From: Cyanophora paradoxa CCMP329
Taxonomy: Eukaryota > Plantae > Glaucophyta
DNA length: 64,000 nucleotides
Reading direction: 5' to 3'
NCBI GenBank assembly: GCA_004431415.1
Contig: QPMI01000127.1
Span: forward strand, 1-64,000
This document shows, in pieces, positions 23,440-36,088 of the stretch (its first letter is position 1; the number at the start of each line of letters is the position of its first letter). Below the pieces are notes generated by a model, which made no database searches, was not told the origin of the DNA, and worked only from the letters and a program-made list of their open reading frames with translations. A program made the position numbers and the translations under genes.

Positions 23440-24308
23440 ATTTTTTCGTGCGCCGAGGTCATGCAGAACAGTGATGGCCTTACCTCCCCGGCCATCCACG
23501 TCCTCGCCCACCGCCGCGACCTTCGTCGCCCTGGAGCGCTGGTACAACCGCCTCTCCCCTGCGCTAGGGGGCACCGTCTCCAACGACAGCCCCGGCACTA
23601 GCCAGGTGGGCCTACCCCGAGGGCGGCGTGGACGCCGGCTGGCCCCTGGCCGGGCTGGCCGGCCCCGCACTGGCGTACCGCCTCGAGGTGCGCTTCGGCG
23701 TGGCCAGCCCGCTGACGGAGCTGGCGGTCGATGGCGTGCTCCTGGGCCTGCAACGGGACTCGTCCCTCGACCAGTCGGGGGCGGTTCGCGGCCTGCAGGT
23801 GGTCTCCATGGGCCGGGGCGCCTTCCTCCCGCTGACCGGTCCGGGCGCGTGGGAGGAGGTCGCCGGGGAGGGGGAGCTGCTGCTACCCCGCCTCCGGTGG
23901 CGGGGTGGCGCCGCCGAGACGGCTTCGGCCCTTGTCGGCGACGGGGCCACGCCGGCCGGCACACCGATCATGCACCTCTACTACAGCGCCGACCCGCCCG
24001 CAGATGTACTCCACCACCTTCTGGGCGCAGAAGCGCGCCGAGGGGCCCGGGAAGCCGACGCTGCCGGCGAACCCGGCGAGGCGGAGGAGCGATGGTGGCG
24101 GCGAAGACCCGGGCGGCGTCGTTGCCGACGGTGCGCGCGCGCTCTCCGCTTGCTGCTGCATGGTGCGACTCACTGAAGCGCGACCGACCCGATCGATCGC
24201 CAGAGATCGCGGTTTTCGAAGTCTTTCTTGCCCCCCCCCCTACCTTTCTCTGTACCCCCCCCTCCCGTCCAGACGGTCGGACCCCGGATCCGCCCACGAC
24301 GCGCGCAC

Positions 24309-24825
24309 ATGCCTGGCGCCCAGCCCACGTTCCAGGTCGGCGAGTACGACGTGCGCATCATCGAGGATGGCATCGACCGTTACGTCGAGGCCGGCAAGCG
24401 CGCCGGCGGCGGCGGGCCGACCATCATGACCGCCAGCGAGTACTGCCCCGGCAAGGTCCTCTTCGCAAGGCTCTCCGACGACGGGAGCTTCTTCAACTGC
24501 GCCACGTACGACGCCGAGGTCCGGGTCGGCTACGTCGTGTCGTTCGCGGCGGGGGGCGTGTTTTCCTCCGACGCGGTCAAGGTCCCCGAGCCGTGGCCGG
24601 AGATGAACATCCGCTACGATTTCGTGGCCGTGACGTCCCCGTCGGGCCAGTCGGTCGCGTACACCTTCTACGGCGCCGGCGGCGGCGGGGCGGGCCCCCG
24701 CGAGGACGGGATCTGGGTGGTGCGGAAGCGGCCGGACGGCTCCTGGCGCCGGGACCAGCTCAAGCAGCAGTGCGGCTACCGGTTCTCGATGCCGGACGAC
24801 AGCACCATCGCGTTCGACATTCTTT
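24309..24825 (+). CDS. beta-rich hypothetical protein (3' truncated)
   Basis: MPGAQPTFQVGEYDVRIIEDG...; consistent GC3-rich codons. Confidence 0.5.
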
Positions 24826-26644
24826 GCCGCATATGGTCGATCGCAGAGTCCAGGACATGCTTGAGACGATCATAAGCATCAGAAACCGCCACCTGCGACT
24901 GTCCCGCCAGGATGCGATCGAGTGGGTACCACCTCCGACGACGACGACGCGTCGTCGGAGGCGAGCTCGGAGGCCGCGGCCGAGGGGCCGGAGCTGCTGG
25001 AGGGCACCGTCGAGCCGGCCGAGTGCGACGGCCTGTCCGTGGCGCCGCCCCTGCCTAATGCTGGCTTCTTCTTCGACCTCCCCATGGCCGTGCCCGACCA
25101 CGTGCGGCCGGGCCGCCGGTCGCGCCCCCGCCGGCCCGCCCCTCACTGGCCACGCCAGGTCGGCTTCTCGCTCCTCACCATGGACACCACGATGGCGGGG
25201 GCGCTGGCGCAGGCCTACGAGGCCCGGGGGCGCCCCTTCCACCTCGACTCCGTCCTCCTCTCCGCCAACCCGACCTCGGAGGGCAGCGACGACACCTCCA
25301 TCCCCACGCTCGCGGCCCTCGCGGCCCTCTCCAACCGGGCGATCCTCGACGAGGCGCGGCGGCGCCCCGTCTGGCTCTGGGGCCGCTCGTTCGAGGAGGC
25401 CTATGGCGGCCTGCGGGAGTACCTTCTCCCCGCCGGGGGCTCTGCCGGCGCGGACCACGGCAACAACGACTCCAGCCTGTCAGCTGTCCTTGACGACGAT
25501 GATGCCGACTTCGGCCCGGAGAAGCTGCAGCGGGTCGTAGGGCATTTCGATGCAGTCAGGGAGCTCTTCGCAGAGCGCCGCCCAGAGCACTCGTGCCTCG
25601 GGGCGATGGCCCGCGGCATCGCGTGGGGCGACTGGTACGGCGATAGAACCATCGCCTGGCAGGAGCTCTTCATCGCCGTCCTCAGTGTCACCATGCCGCT
25701 CTTCTCCATCGATGTACGTCTGGCCGGGCCGCCGGGCAGCGCGCGCGGCCGTCGTCGTTGACTTTGCGCGCGGCCTCTCGCAGCGCGCGCTGGCGCTGAT
25801 GAACGACCCCATCTTCACCGACAGTCCAACGGACCAAGTCATGAACTTCGCTTACGACTTCGACGGGCCGCCGTGCAGTGCATTGGACGTCGAACCGGAC
25901 TTTATCGTTGGAAACCTCTGCTCGGCCCGGCCCGCCCGCCCCCCGTCAGCCGTCCGCCCGGCCGCCCGCCCCGGCACGCGCACGTTTGCGCTCAAGAGTT
26001 GCTTGTACTCTTGTGCAATCGACGAGAGCAACGTCCTCACGTTCATGTGAAAGTGCTCCGTGCAGATGAACAAGTCGCCACCGGTACCACCACAGGACCA
26101 CTTAGGGCATGGCCAGCCTGCGCAAGAGCGTGGGCGGCCCTGGGCCGAGGCGCCCGCCGGCGGCGGGCCGGCCCCCGCGCGCGTACCTCCGTAGCCCTCA
26201 TCCCCGCGCTCCACCGGCGGCGCGCCCCCAGCGACTGGTGGAAGGTCTGCCAGGAGGCGGCCGACAGCGATGACGACGACAGCGACTACGAAGACGATGG
26301 TGGCGGCAGCAGCCCTCGCCCACGGACCGCCCGAGCGGCTCACGTTCAGCACCCTCCGGCACGGGCGCCCGCCGCCCGGCCCCGCGGTGATGTGCAGTCC
26401 CGAGGAGCGCGAGCGGGCCCTCGTCGTCCGCGACGAGCTCGCGATCGCCGGCAGGTACGCCATCGAGGTGCCGGAGATCTACGAGGTTCGTCGGCGGGCC
26501 CCGCCCGGCGCATCCGCCCTCCGAGCGTGCGCGCACAGGTCGACGAGCTGGTCCTGGCCAGGGGCGACTGGCCCGGCTCCTTCGGCGGCTGGTTCTTCTC
26601 CCGCGTGAAGGACGGCGCGAGCGGGCGCGAGCGGGCGCGAACCT

Positions 26645-27155
26645 GGCACAGAAAGCTGTCCTCCTGCTTATCGAACGGCTTGCTCCTGAACCTGGCCATC
26701 TCGAGCCGCCGGTGCTGCTGGGCCTTCCACCAGGACTCGGGCGCATCACCCCCCGGCGGCGAATGAAGCAACCGGGCGCGCTTCGGCGCGCTGCTGCCGT
26801 CGGCGCTGCTCCTGCTGCTCATCGCCTTCAGCTCATCGGGCGCGATACGGAGCTTGAACAGCGGCCCGTCGGCGGCCGGTTGACCGCACATGAAGCAGGA
26901 CGACGGGCACGCGTCCTTCGTGATGTCGCACGCGGGGAGGCAGTTGAAGCACGTGAAGGAGTTGGAGGGCGCCGGGCACGACTCGGGCGGCGACGAGGCG
27001 AGGGCCACCAGGAGCGAGACGAGCGAGCAGTGCGGGCTGCCCGGTATGCAGCTCACGTGCGACAGGGCACCGCAGCCCGTGCACTCGACCATGCGGTCGC
27101 CGGGGGCGGCGAACGCCGCGCCCCCGGAGCACGGGGCCTTGCACCCACATCCTGA
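26645..27155 (-). CDS. PHD-like zinc-finger protein fragment
   Basis: CGC...MVECTGCGALSHVSCI...FTCFNC...CFMC; ends at a GT donor-like site (CAG|GTTCGC). Confidence 0.65.
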
Positions 27156-27257
27156 TCTCGTGCCACTCGGCGGTGCTCGAGGCGAGGACCGGCTCCTCCT
27201 CCCCCCGGAGCCAGAGCTCCCAGTTGAGGTCCAGGTGGACGTCGGAGCGGGCAGGTG

Positions 27258-27289
<32 letters not shown>

Positions 27290-27310
27290 CAGCAGCAAGG
27301 GTCGGGCGTA

Positions 27311-27425
27311 CGCGCTTCTCGGTCAGCTGGCACGCGGCGGCGAGGCCGGCGAAGGCCGGGAAGTCCGAACCGATCGCCGAGATGATCAGGTCCAGCAGGG
27401 CATCCTCGAGCTGGCGAACAGTCAA
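27311..27425 (-). pseudogene. F-box-like exon fragment
   Basis: VRQLEDALLDLIISAI...LAAACQLTEKR followed by GTACGC donor-like sequence. Confidence 0.45.
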
Positions 27426-27954
27426 GTCCGGACCGGAGCCTCTTCGTCGAGCTCCCCGAGGAGGCTGCGGCGCCCCTCGCGCGCGCCCTGGGCGGCCCCG
27501 GCGTGCCTCCTCTGCCCCGAGCTGGTCGAGCGGGCCCTCCTCCTCCTCCCGCCGCGCACGAGCGCGGCGTGCTTCCTCGACGGCCCCGCCATCGGGGGGA
27601 ACCCGCTCGAGCTGCCCTACCTGTGCGGCCTGGAGGGGGGGGAAGGCGGCTCAAACAGGGCCTTCGAGGGGCGCGGGCCGGTCGGGTGCATCTCGCTCAG
27701 CCGGGAGGGGGCGCCGGCGGGCCGCGGCCCGCGGCCGCCCCTCCTCCCGCTGGCGCCGGCGCTCTTCCACTCCCTCGCCTGCACGGGCCGCGGCCGCGGC
27801 CCGCGCCGGCCCTCGCCGCCGCCGCCGCCGCGCCGCCGGCCCCTGCCGCCACAGGCCGGGGGTGGGTATACAACGTACCTGATCGAGCGCGGCCAGATCG
27901 TGGACCGCGACGGTCGCCCTCGAGGGGGAGCGGGCCGGCACGCCGGCCGACCAC

Positions 27955-28215
27955 CTTGACCACGCCCTCGCCCCGCTGGTCCTCGCGTGCAACGTGCACG
28001 TGCTCCTCCTCGCGCTGCGCGGCGCATGCGACGGCCCCCTGCGCCCTGCCTACGTGGGGGCCGCCCTGGGGCTGGCGGCCCTCGGGGGCCTGCTCTTCCG
28101 CCTCGCCCGCAGCACGCATGCTGCCCCCGGGCCCCAATACGAGCTCCTCCACCCCTGGTGGCACCTGGCGGCGGGCGCCGGCACATGGGCCCTCTTCGCG
28201 AGCATGGCGCGCTGA
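27955..28215 (+). pseudogene. CREST-superfamily (ceramidase/PAQR-like) membrane protein C-terminal fragment
   Basis: LDH...TM helices...LLHPWWHL (HxxWH motif). Confidence 0.55.
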
Positions 28216-28250
28216 ACATTTTTCGGCATGTGGGGTTGTGTAAACACCCC

Positions 28251-28670
28251 ATGGTCTCCGCCGCCTCCGCCTCCTCCTCCGACGCCGACTCGGCGCCGGA
28301 GCGCATCCTCCTCCAGGCCCTGGCCGTTGGTGCCGCCTGGCAGCTCCTCCCCCGGGCCCACTTCTTTGGGAAGGAGGAAGCGAAACGCTGGGTCCCCTGG
28401 GTCGGTCGCTTCTTCACCGCCTCCGTCGCTGCCCGCGTCGCCGCGTTCCTCTTCTGGCGGTTCTTTGACCGCGACCACCTCAACGCCTCCCTCACGGCGA
28501 ACCGCTGGGACGCCTTCAACTTTTACGGCACCCTGACGGCGGTCGCGGCCATCTTCTTCTTCGCCGTCTTCCCCGCCTCGTGGGTCTCCGTCCCCGCCTT
28601 CGTCGGCCTCCTCCTGGCCTGGTACCCGGTCGCCCTCTGGGCCGAGTCGCGCGTCTTCAACGCCGATGCC
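28251..28670 (+). CDS. multi-TM membrane protein (3' truncated)
   Basis: Several hydrophobic helices. Confidence 0.5.
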
Positions 28671-30533
28671 GCCGGGCGGGGCCGCGCGCGGCGCGCAGCG
28701 CCGCCGCGAGGCCCGCGGCGGCCGTCGCCAGCGGCGGCGGCGCGTCCGCGAGCGCCGCCAGGAGCCCGGTCGCCGCCCAGGCCGCGAAGAAGCGCTCGGC
28801 CGCGGTGCCCCCGGGATCCGGAACGGGCGCGGGCGTGGCGCCCGGCGCCGGTGCGCATGCGGCGGGCGCGGTGCACATGGCGCCGTCGCCGGTCGGTCTG
28901 GGAGATGGAGGGGGGTACAGCGAAAAAAAATGTCGAGCATGTGTACTACGTACACTGAAGGAACATGGCGCTTATCATACCTGCAGCCGGCAAGTGCGAA
29001 GACCTTGCCACCGACGACTTCGGTGATCGCCTGGAGGTCATGAGCGACCTATTCGGGCGGCTCGACCGGAAGGGATTCAACGGCAGCTGCAATGCGCCCC
29101 AGAAGCGGTACACTCTGACGGACAGCGTGAAGATCACGGGCGCCGATGCAGTGGGCGCGCTCCGGGAAATCTACACCGCGATGCGGACTGCGCCGGAGGA
29201 CCGGGGCGCGGCCGGCGTCCTGGGCGCGGACGACTCGAGTGGCAGTGGCGGTTCTGGGCTTGGTCCCGGCGGAAGGCATCCCGGAGCTGCCTGTCATCCT
29301 CATCGGCGAGCCGTGCCACGGTGGCCGCGTCGAGGCGATCGACCGTGTACCCGGGGTCGTGCCCGGGTTGGCCCTGCTGACGAGAGAAGAGCGGCATCGT
29401 GCAGTAACCGTAAGTCCCGGAGGCAGACCGGGGCATGCGCGGGTCCGCGGTGACGGGGCTGCCGCCGCCGGCCACCTGCACGATTGAGGACCTCGCAAAG
29501 TTGCCGAGGAGGGGTTCCGTGCCGCTGGTAATATAGGGCAGCTCGGTGAACCCGGGGCACCTCAGGGGGGGGGGCCCGGGGCGGCCGGGGGGCATCCAGG
29601 GGGCCGCAATGGGGATGAAAGCGGGGTACTCGGGAAGAATGACAAGCTTGTCCCCTCTGGCCGTGTCAAGCGTTCTCTCTCGCTCGTTACCTCCGACCAG
29701 TAGGCCGAACACGCGCCTCACGTCATTCATGTTGAGTCTGAATTTCTGAGCCGCCTTGAAGAGCCGCCGCGTTCGTGTGGGCCCCGCGACCTCGTTTGTC
29801 GAGTTCTTTACCTCGTCCTCCTTCAGCGGACCTATGATGTTCACGAAGATCTGGTAATACTGTCTTTCACTCTTGCTGGACTCTTTGTTAGGTCGGACCA
29901 GGAAGTTGACTGGGACCCGAGTGGCCGGGTCGTACATGGCCCACTCCGCGAGTTTAATGATGCGGATCGTCCCGACGTGGTGCTCGTTGCCGGGTACAGG
30001 GCCACGCCCCCTGCCCTCGGACCTCTCGTCGGCCTTCGAGATCGGGGCGCAGGTGGCCCGCCTGGCGGCGCCGCCTGCCTGGGACGGGGAGCCCTACCAG
30101 CCGCCCGCGGCGGCCTCGCCCGCGGCCCCCGACCTGCGCGGCGGGCCCGGGCCGGTCCCGGAGGTGGTACCAGGGCCGGCCCTGCCGCCGGCGCACCTGC
30201 TCACCTACCACGTCGTCTGGCCCGACGCCCCCGGCACGGGGAGGCTCGACCTCGCGGCCTACCGCATATCACGCGGCATCTTCGTCCTGGCGGCGCGCTC
30301 CAACCCCGCCGCCTGCCTCGCCCTGCGCTCCGCCGACGACCCCGACCCCGAGGGGGCCTCGCTCACCCGCTGGGACCCTCGAACTGGCGCGCGCGCGGCG
30401 CGGCCGCCTTCTGTTCGAAGGGCGCGGTCGTCTGCTGCTGCTGCTGCTGCTGCTGCAGAGATACGAGGAGGGCCATGGTCTAGATCTGGTCGGTCCGTCT
30501 TTGTGCGTCGCCGGTACCCCCCCCCCCCCCACT

Positions 30534-30905
30534 CTACCGCGCCACGAGCAACACCACGAGCAGCACCGCGGCTCCGATGAGGAGTATGTTGTTGTCCACG
30601 CCTTTAATGAGCTGCCCGCCGGCCGCGCCGTTCGTGCTCGTGGTCGTGCCGCCGCCGCCGCCGCTCGCGCCTCCCGTGCTGCCGCTGATCCCCCCGAACG
30701 AGCCGCCCGTGCTCGGGTTCATGACGGTCTGCTGCGTCTGGTTCCCCGAGATGTTGCAGGAGAAGGTGACGTTGTTCCCCGTCCCGGTCATGCCGATGGC
30801 CCCCGAGCGGATCGTGCACGTGCGCACGTTCGCCGTGCACTTGGCCCCGGACTCGGTCGTGAGGAGGATGTCCTGGATGCCGGACTGCGTGCAGGGGTTC
30901 ACCCC
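30534..30905 (-). CDS. Cys-containing C-terminally anchored virion membrane protein fragment
   Basis: C...C...CTI...NNVTFSC, Gly/Thr linker, terminal TM LLIGAAVLLVVLLVAR*; architecture like NCLDV entry/fusion proteins. Confidence 0.5.
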   Translation of the reverse strand, partial: GVNPCTQSGIQDILLTTESGAKCTANVRTCTIRSGAIGMTGTGNNVTFSCNISGNQTQQTVMNPSTGGSFGGISGSTGGASGGGGGTTTSTNGAAGGQLIKGVDNNILLIGAAVLLVVLLVAR

Positions 30906-31904
30906 GGATGCACCGGACGTCGCCTACTACCCGCCCGCACTCTACGCCGACTCGGGCTTGGATGTACGTGCGCGCGCCCACCGCCGCCGCCGCCGGGCTC
31001 CGGGTCGACGAAGATGAAGTTGACGATCGGCGCGTGCTGCGGTTCGCTGGGCTCCGGCCCGGAAAAGCGTGCTATCGGGAAGGTGTCGAGCCCGGCGCCG
31101 ACGTACAGGAGCGTGCGCGCCGGTCGCTGGGCGCCGGTCCGGCCACGCTGCTGCGGCGGCATGCGTGCGTGCGTGCGCGCGCGGGCGCCGGACGGACCGT
31201 TGGGGGGGTACACACTGATGTGGCGCGTCGGACGGACGGACCTGCCGTATATATATACATATATAGCACAGCGACCGAGCTAGCTTATCTCCACTGCCAC
31301 TGGCTCCTATGGTCACGCTTGTAGCTGCGGACCTCGAGCGCCGCCGCTGGCGCCGCCGCCGGGCGCGCGACCCGGACGCCCATCTCGAGGTCGACGTCCG
31401 CCGCGTCCGCGTCGACCCAGGCGCGCTGCACCACGAAGAAGGCTTGCGGGGGCCGCGACGGCGCGAGGCGCTCGACCGTCGCCGTGGCCAGCTCCAGGGT
31501 CGAGTACACAGGCGTGGGATCGCTTCGGCGCCTCCATCTCGCGCTCGGGGTACATCGACCTTCGTTCGCGCGCAGTGCACCTTTAGATTCGTGGAGGCCG
31601 GTTCGGTCCGACCTGTCCGTCGGCCGGCCAACCGGAGAGCCCGTCAATTGCAACATGTGTGCCATCTCTTTGCTTTGCCGCTGCCGCTGCCGGCGCCGAC
31701 CGACCGGCGCGCAGGTCCGACCGCAAGCGACCTCTGGGGGATGATCATGATCAGACCGCAAGCGACCTCTGGGGGAAGCTCGACGACGAGCGCTCGTCTT
31801 CTCCGCGGCGGGACCCGGACGTGCGCGCGCGCGCTCCGTTCCGCCTCTCCCCGCCCCGCCTGACGACGCCCGTGCCCGCGCCGCCCGCAGCCGGCGCCGA
31901 CTCT

Positions 31905-31937
31905 GCAGCAACAGCAGCAGCTCTGGCAGTTCTGGCT

Positions 31938-31969
<32 letters not shown>

Positions 31970-31982
31970 TGCTGCAACAGTT

Positions 31983-32056
<74 letters not shown>
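31905..32056. repeat. (CAG)n microsatellite with interruptions
   Basis: Long gca/cag runs with two caacag...ctggcag interruptions. Confidence 0.9.
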
Positions 32057-32057
<1 letters not shown>

Positions 32058-33423
32058 CTCCGCCTCCCTCCACGGCTTGACCACATCGAGAATCTCATTC
32101 GGGAGCGGGATGATCTGATCGACACCAGTCTGTGGCATGGTCCTGGCTATGCATTGCGGCGCCCCTACTTGATGGTGCCGGACGAGCCCGGTGCCCCCTC
32201 GGCGGTCGCCGCGAGCAGGACGATGGCAAACAGGCCGCCCATGCAGATCCAGAAGTCCTCCACCTGCTGCGGGCTCAGCCGCAGCGGGCTGCTTCTCGTG
32301 CCGTTGGTGCCGCCACGGTGGTTGTTGTTGTTGTTGTTGTTGTTCCTCAAGAGGAGCATGGTAGAGACGGACATGTTTTGCACAACGACGGCGAGCCGGT
32401 CGGTCTGGGAGCCGAGGGGGGGTACGCCCGCCTGCTGCTCTACGCAGCGCGCACCAGCAGGCCGGTGCACGCACCCGGCCCGCTCCCAGGGAGCACCGAG
32501 AGCACCAGCACGCCGGGCCGGGCGGGGGTGCCGGTCCCGGGGCCGGGGCAGAGCACCCACATGTGGCTCGTAGATAATTGGTCCGATATCCTCCGGTACC
32601 GCCCACCAGGCCGGTGCAGACCTGCGCGCCCCACGTACACCAGCCTCGAGCAGGCTGGCGTAGTCCGCCCCTATAAGGACGCAGAGAACAAACATTGCAT
32701 TATCCCGAAGCAGGTTGCGGGCCTTGAGAGCCATCTGCCCCAATCTCCGACGAAACCCTGGGGTGGACCACTCCGGGGGGTCATTTGGGAACTCGCGTAT
32801 CAACCTTCGGTCCGAATCCCTTATCTCGTCCCGCGCCATCCTGAAGCTGGCGTAGAGGTTCAACTCGTCGGGCGATCCCATCAAGTACTCTGCCCCAGAC
32901 TTTGCAACCACAACCTGGGCCGTCTGCGCCGGCGTGTTGCCCCCGCTCGCGTATCTGCTGGAGGGCGGCCCGCGCCGACGCCAGGGCCCGCTCGCGGGCG
33001 GCAGCCCGCTCCTGCCGGGCGAGCGCGGCCTCCTGCGCATCCAGGGCGGCCCGCTGCTAGGGGGGGGGAGGGGCCTTAAGCGCTGAACGTGCCGAGAACA
33101 CGTACGTACACGCCCGGGAGGGCGGGGCCGGCGCCGCCGCCAAAACCGAGGAGGGCCCCCCCGTTCTGTTCGCTGGCGGCCTGGACGACCTGCTGGGCCC
33201 GCCAGCGAGCCTGATCGGGGTCGGGCTCGAACGCTGCTACAAGGCGGCGCGCGACTCCGGCCTGGCGAGGTACCTAGAGGGCGCGAGGGCCCGGATGCGG
33301 CTCGCCGCCGTCCAGCGGCTCAGCTAGGCGCCCGCCACCCGCCCCACCCCCTCTCCTCCGACGAATGGAAACAGCTGTACAGATATGGATTCACATACAC
33401 ACACACACACACACACACACTTC

Positions 33424-33783
33424 TTACAGATAGTACGAAGGAGTTTCGTTGCCGAAGATGCTGGAGGCATCGACGACCCGGACGCCCCGCGGGTGCTCGG
33501 AGAGGGGGTCGAGCTCCATGGTCTTCATGTTGTTCCTCTGCATCATGCCGTCGAAGACGCCCCGCAAATCCGGGGGGACCGCGGCACGGAGCTTGCGGTA
33601 GTCCTTCCACACGGCCATCAACGTTTGCTGGCAATCATCGCGCGTCTTCGGGTAGCTGAGCGGCACAAGGAGCCCATGCTTCGAGAGACGACTGCCGAAG
33701 GTCGTGTCCGAAGATGGCACGCAGATGGGCCGTTGAGACCGGGCCTGTAGCTGGGACGGACGTTGACATGGGAGAGCCGCCAC
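33424..33783 (-). CDS. hypothetical protein
   Basis: 119 aa ORF, A-tract upstream, (TG)n tract downstream. Confidence 0.5.
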   Translation of the reverse strand: MAALPCQRPSQLQARSQRPICVPSSDTTFGSRLSKHGLLVPLSYPKTRDDCQQTLMAVWKDYRKLRAAVPPDLRGVFDGMMQRNNMKTMELDPLSEHPRGVRVVDASSIFGNETPSYYL

Positions 33784-33837
33784 TGGTTACTTCGGACTTT
33801 TTTTTAAGTCAAATCCGAAGTGAGCACGGTCTGCGGC

Positions 33838-34315
33838 TCAGTTCTGTATCACCACCAACCCACTCCCGCCGACCGGGGCATCGAAGCTGCCCCCGATCCC
33901 CACGCCCGCCTGGTAGTCCGAGTCCAACGAATTCCCCGGGGCCCGGCCGCCGGCGGCGGACGTGGAGCCACTGAAGACTCCGGGGCCGCCGTAATAGCTA
34001 GAGCCGCCCCCTCCAGGCCGGGAGCTGTCCCCAGCGGAACCTCCTCCGTAGTAGCCCGCGCCGCCGCAGCCACCTTTGAAGCCCACTATGTTGCCCCCCG
34101 TGTACTTGGAGCCTGCATACGCCCCAGAAAAGGAATTGCTCCCAGCCCCGCCCTCCGTCTGGGTACCGCCCTTGCCGCCATCGGCACGGCTCGAGTCGCC
34201 ACCCTGAAGGCCGCCGCCAAACCCGCCCGCTGCCACTTCCCCCCCGCCCCCGCCCCCGCCCGCTGTCATCAGATCATCTTCACCCCCTTGCAGGCGAATC
34301 GCGGACCGGCCTCCA
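33838..34315 (-). CDS. glycine-rich-domain protein C-terminal fragment
   Basis: GGGRSAIRLQGGEDDLMTAGGGG...GYYGGG...GGSGLVVIQN*. Confidence 0.75.
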
Positions 34316-34604
34316 CCGTCGACTCGATGCGCCACCGGGTGGGGGCCTCCTTCGTCAGCCGCTGACGGCTGCGGGCGTGGACGCGCCCGCCGGCGAAGAA
34401 GCCCCGGACGGGGCCCGGGATCGCGCCCGAGTCGACGTGCGACCAGAACTCGAGCGCCCGCGTCCCGTCGGCGGCCCACCGCTCCGGTATCCTGCACCCG
34501 GCGCCGTGCACCAGCCGGAGCACGCGCGCGCCGTACGCGAGGTCCAGAGCCTGCTCCATGCCGCCGGCGCGCACGAGCACGGGCGGCAGCGCGACCGTGA
34601 TCAT
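34310..34604 (-). pseudogene. conserved NCLDV hypothetical protein, N-terminal half
   Basis: ALDLAYGARVLRLVHG...IPGPVRGFFAGGRVHARSRQRLTK..RWRIESTV. Confidence 0.55.
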
Positions 34605-36088
34605 CGCGCAGTGGTGGTGGCGGCGGGGGGGCATGCCTCCGTCGGTCGGTTCGTCGCTTTTTCGCAGTACCCCGGTAGGCGCGCGGTCCGTCGGTCGGTC
34701 CGACCCGCCCACAGCAAGCTTAGACATGGCGGGCGCCGGCGGCGGCGCGGCGGCCTCGGTACCCTCTTGATGGCGAGGGCGAGCCGTTTGCCGCCGGGGG
34801 TGCCCACGGCATCGAAGGCGGCGGCGACCTCCTCGGCGGCCTTGAACAGCTGGAAGAAAGAGACCGTCACCGCCTCGGCCCTCTGCAGGAGGAGGAGGGC
34901 GGCGCCCGCGGCCCGGCTGGGCGCCGTCCCGCCGCCGGCCCCCGCCATCAGGGCGCCGGCGATCGCGCTCACCGCCGGCAATTCCGGCGGCGCCACGCCG
35001 TAGATCGCGACCGCCAACGAGACCGCCGCGCCCCGCCCGACGCAGAGGGAGACCCGCCTGCTGCCCACGGTGCCGATGGCGTCGAAGGCGCCGGCGACCG
35101 CCGAGATGCTGTGGGCCAGCTTGGCGAACGCGTCGGTCGCCCGCTGGACGGCCGCCACCTCCGGCCCCGCCTCCGCCAGGAGGATGCTCTGTACCACGCT
35201 CACCAGCTCCCCGCGAGACCGGATGATGATCGGAGGCGGAGGCGGGGGCGGGGCTGCCTGCTGCTGGGCCGCCTGCGCCTGGGCCTGGGGCTGGGCCGCC
35301 TGCGCCTGGGCCACCTGCGCCTGGGCCCGCGGCTGGGCCGCCTGCGCCTGGGCGCCCGCCGGCGCTGCCACTGCCACCAGGGCGAGGGCCGCGGCCGCCG
35401 CCGCAGCGGCCTCCTCCCGTGCCCGGGCCGCCACCCGCTCGAGGAATGTGCCCTTCAGGCTGTGGAGGCCGAGCCGGAGCCCCCCGCCTCCATGGCCTCC
35501 GCGGCGCGCAGGGGCCCGAGCTCGGCGGCGAGCGCGGCGTAGAAGGAGCGGGTGCTGCCCCCGCGGGGGAGCATGAGCGCGTGGACCGCCGCGACGGCCT
35601 CGTCCGTCGTGATGCGGTCTTCCGCATCGAGCCGGCCGTGGAGCTCGCCCCCGCCGTGCCTATGCCGCCCCCGGGCCCGGACCCGGGCCTCCCCGCCGGC
35701 CTGGTCCCCGGGGCCGGCACCTGGACCGCCGTCCACCACGTCTCATGGCCGCATCAGCACGCTCGAGGAGCGTGTGCGCACCCTCGAATCGGAGCTCTCC
35801 GACACCAAAACAGTCTCCGCGCTGGAGGCAGCCCTCCCCCCCCTCTTGCGGGAGAAGCCGCCCGCTGGCCCCACCCGGCCGCCGCCAATGCCGCCGCCGC
35901 CGCCGGCGGCCCCTTCGCTGGCCCTGATCGCAATTGAGGATGCCCACTCCTCGGCGTCTGTGTCGGGCGGCACGTAGAAGCAGATGTATGTGTCACCTCA
36001 ATAGCCACACACACGCGTACGACTACACGGGGGGGTGGGTGGGCGCCACGGGGGCGGTAAGCGGCTCGGATGGCTCGTCGGCGAGTGG

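Noticed and set aside
31905-32056. Poly-Cys, poly-Leu or poly-Ala proteins
   Set aside because: Translations of a CAG microsatellite; the true frame, if any, cannot be determined.
22402-34315. Gly-rich pieces 22402 and 34315 as consecutive parts of one gene
   Set aside because: They overlap over GGGRSAIR(V/L)QGG with different codons, so they are paralogues.
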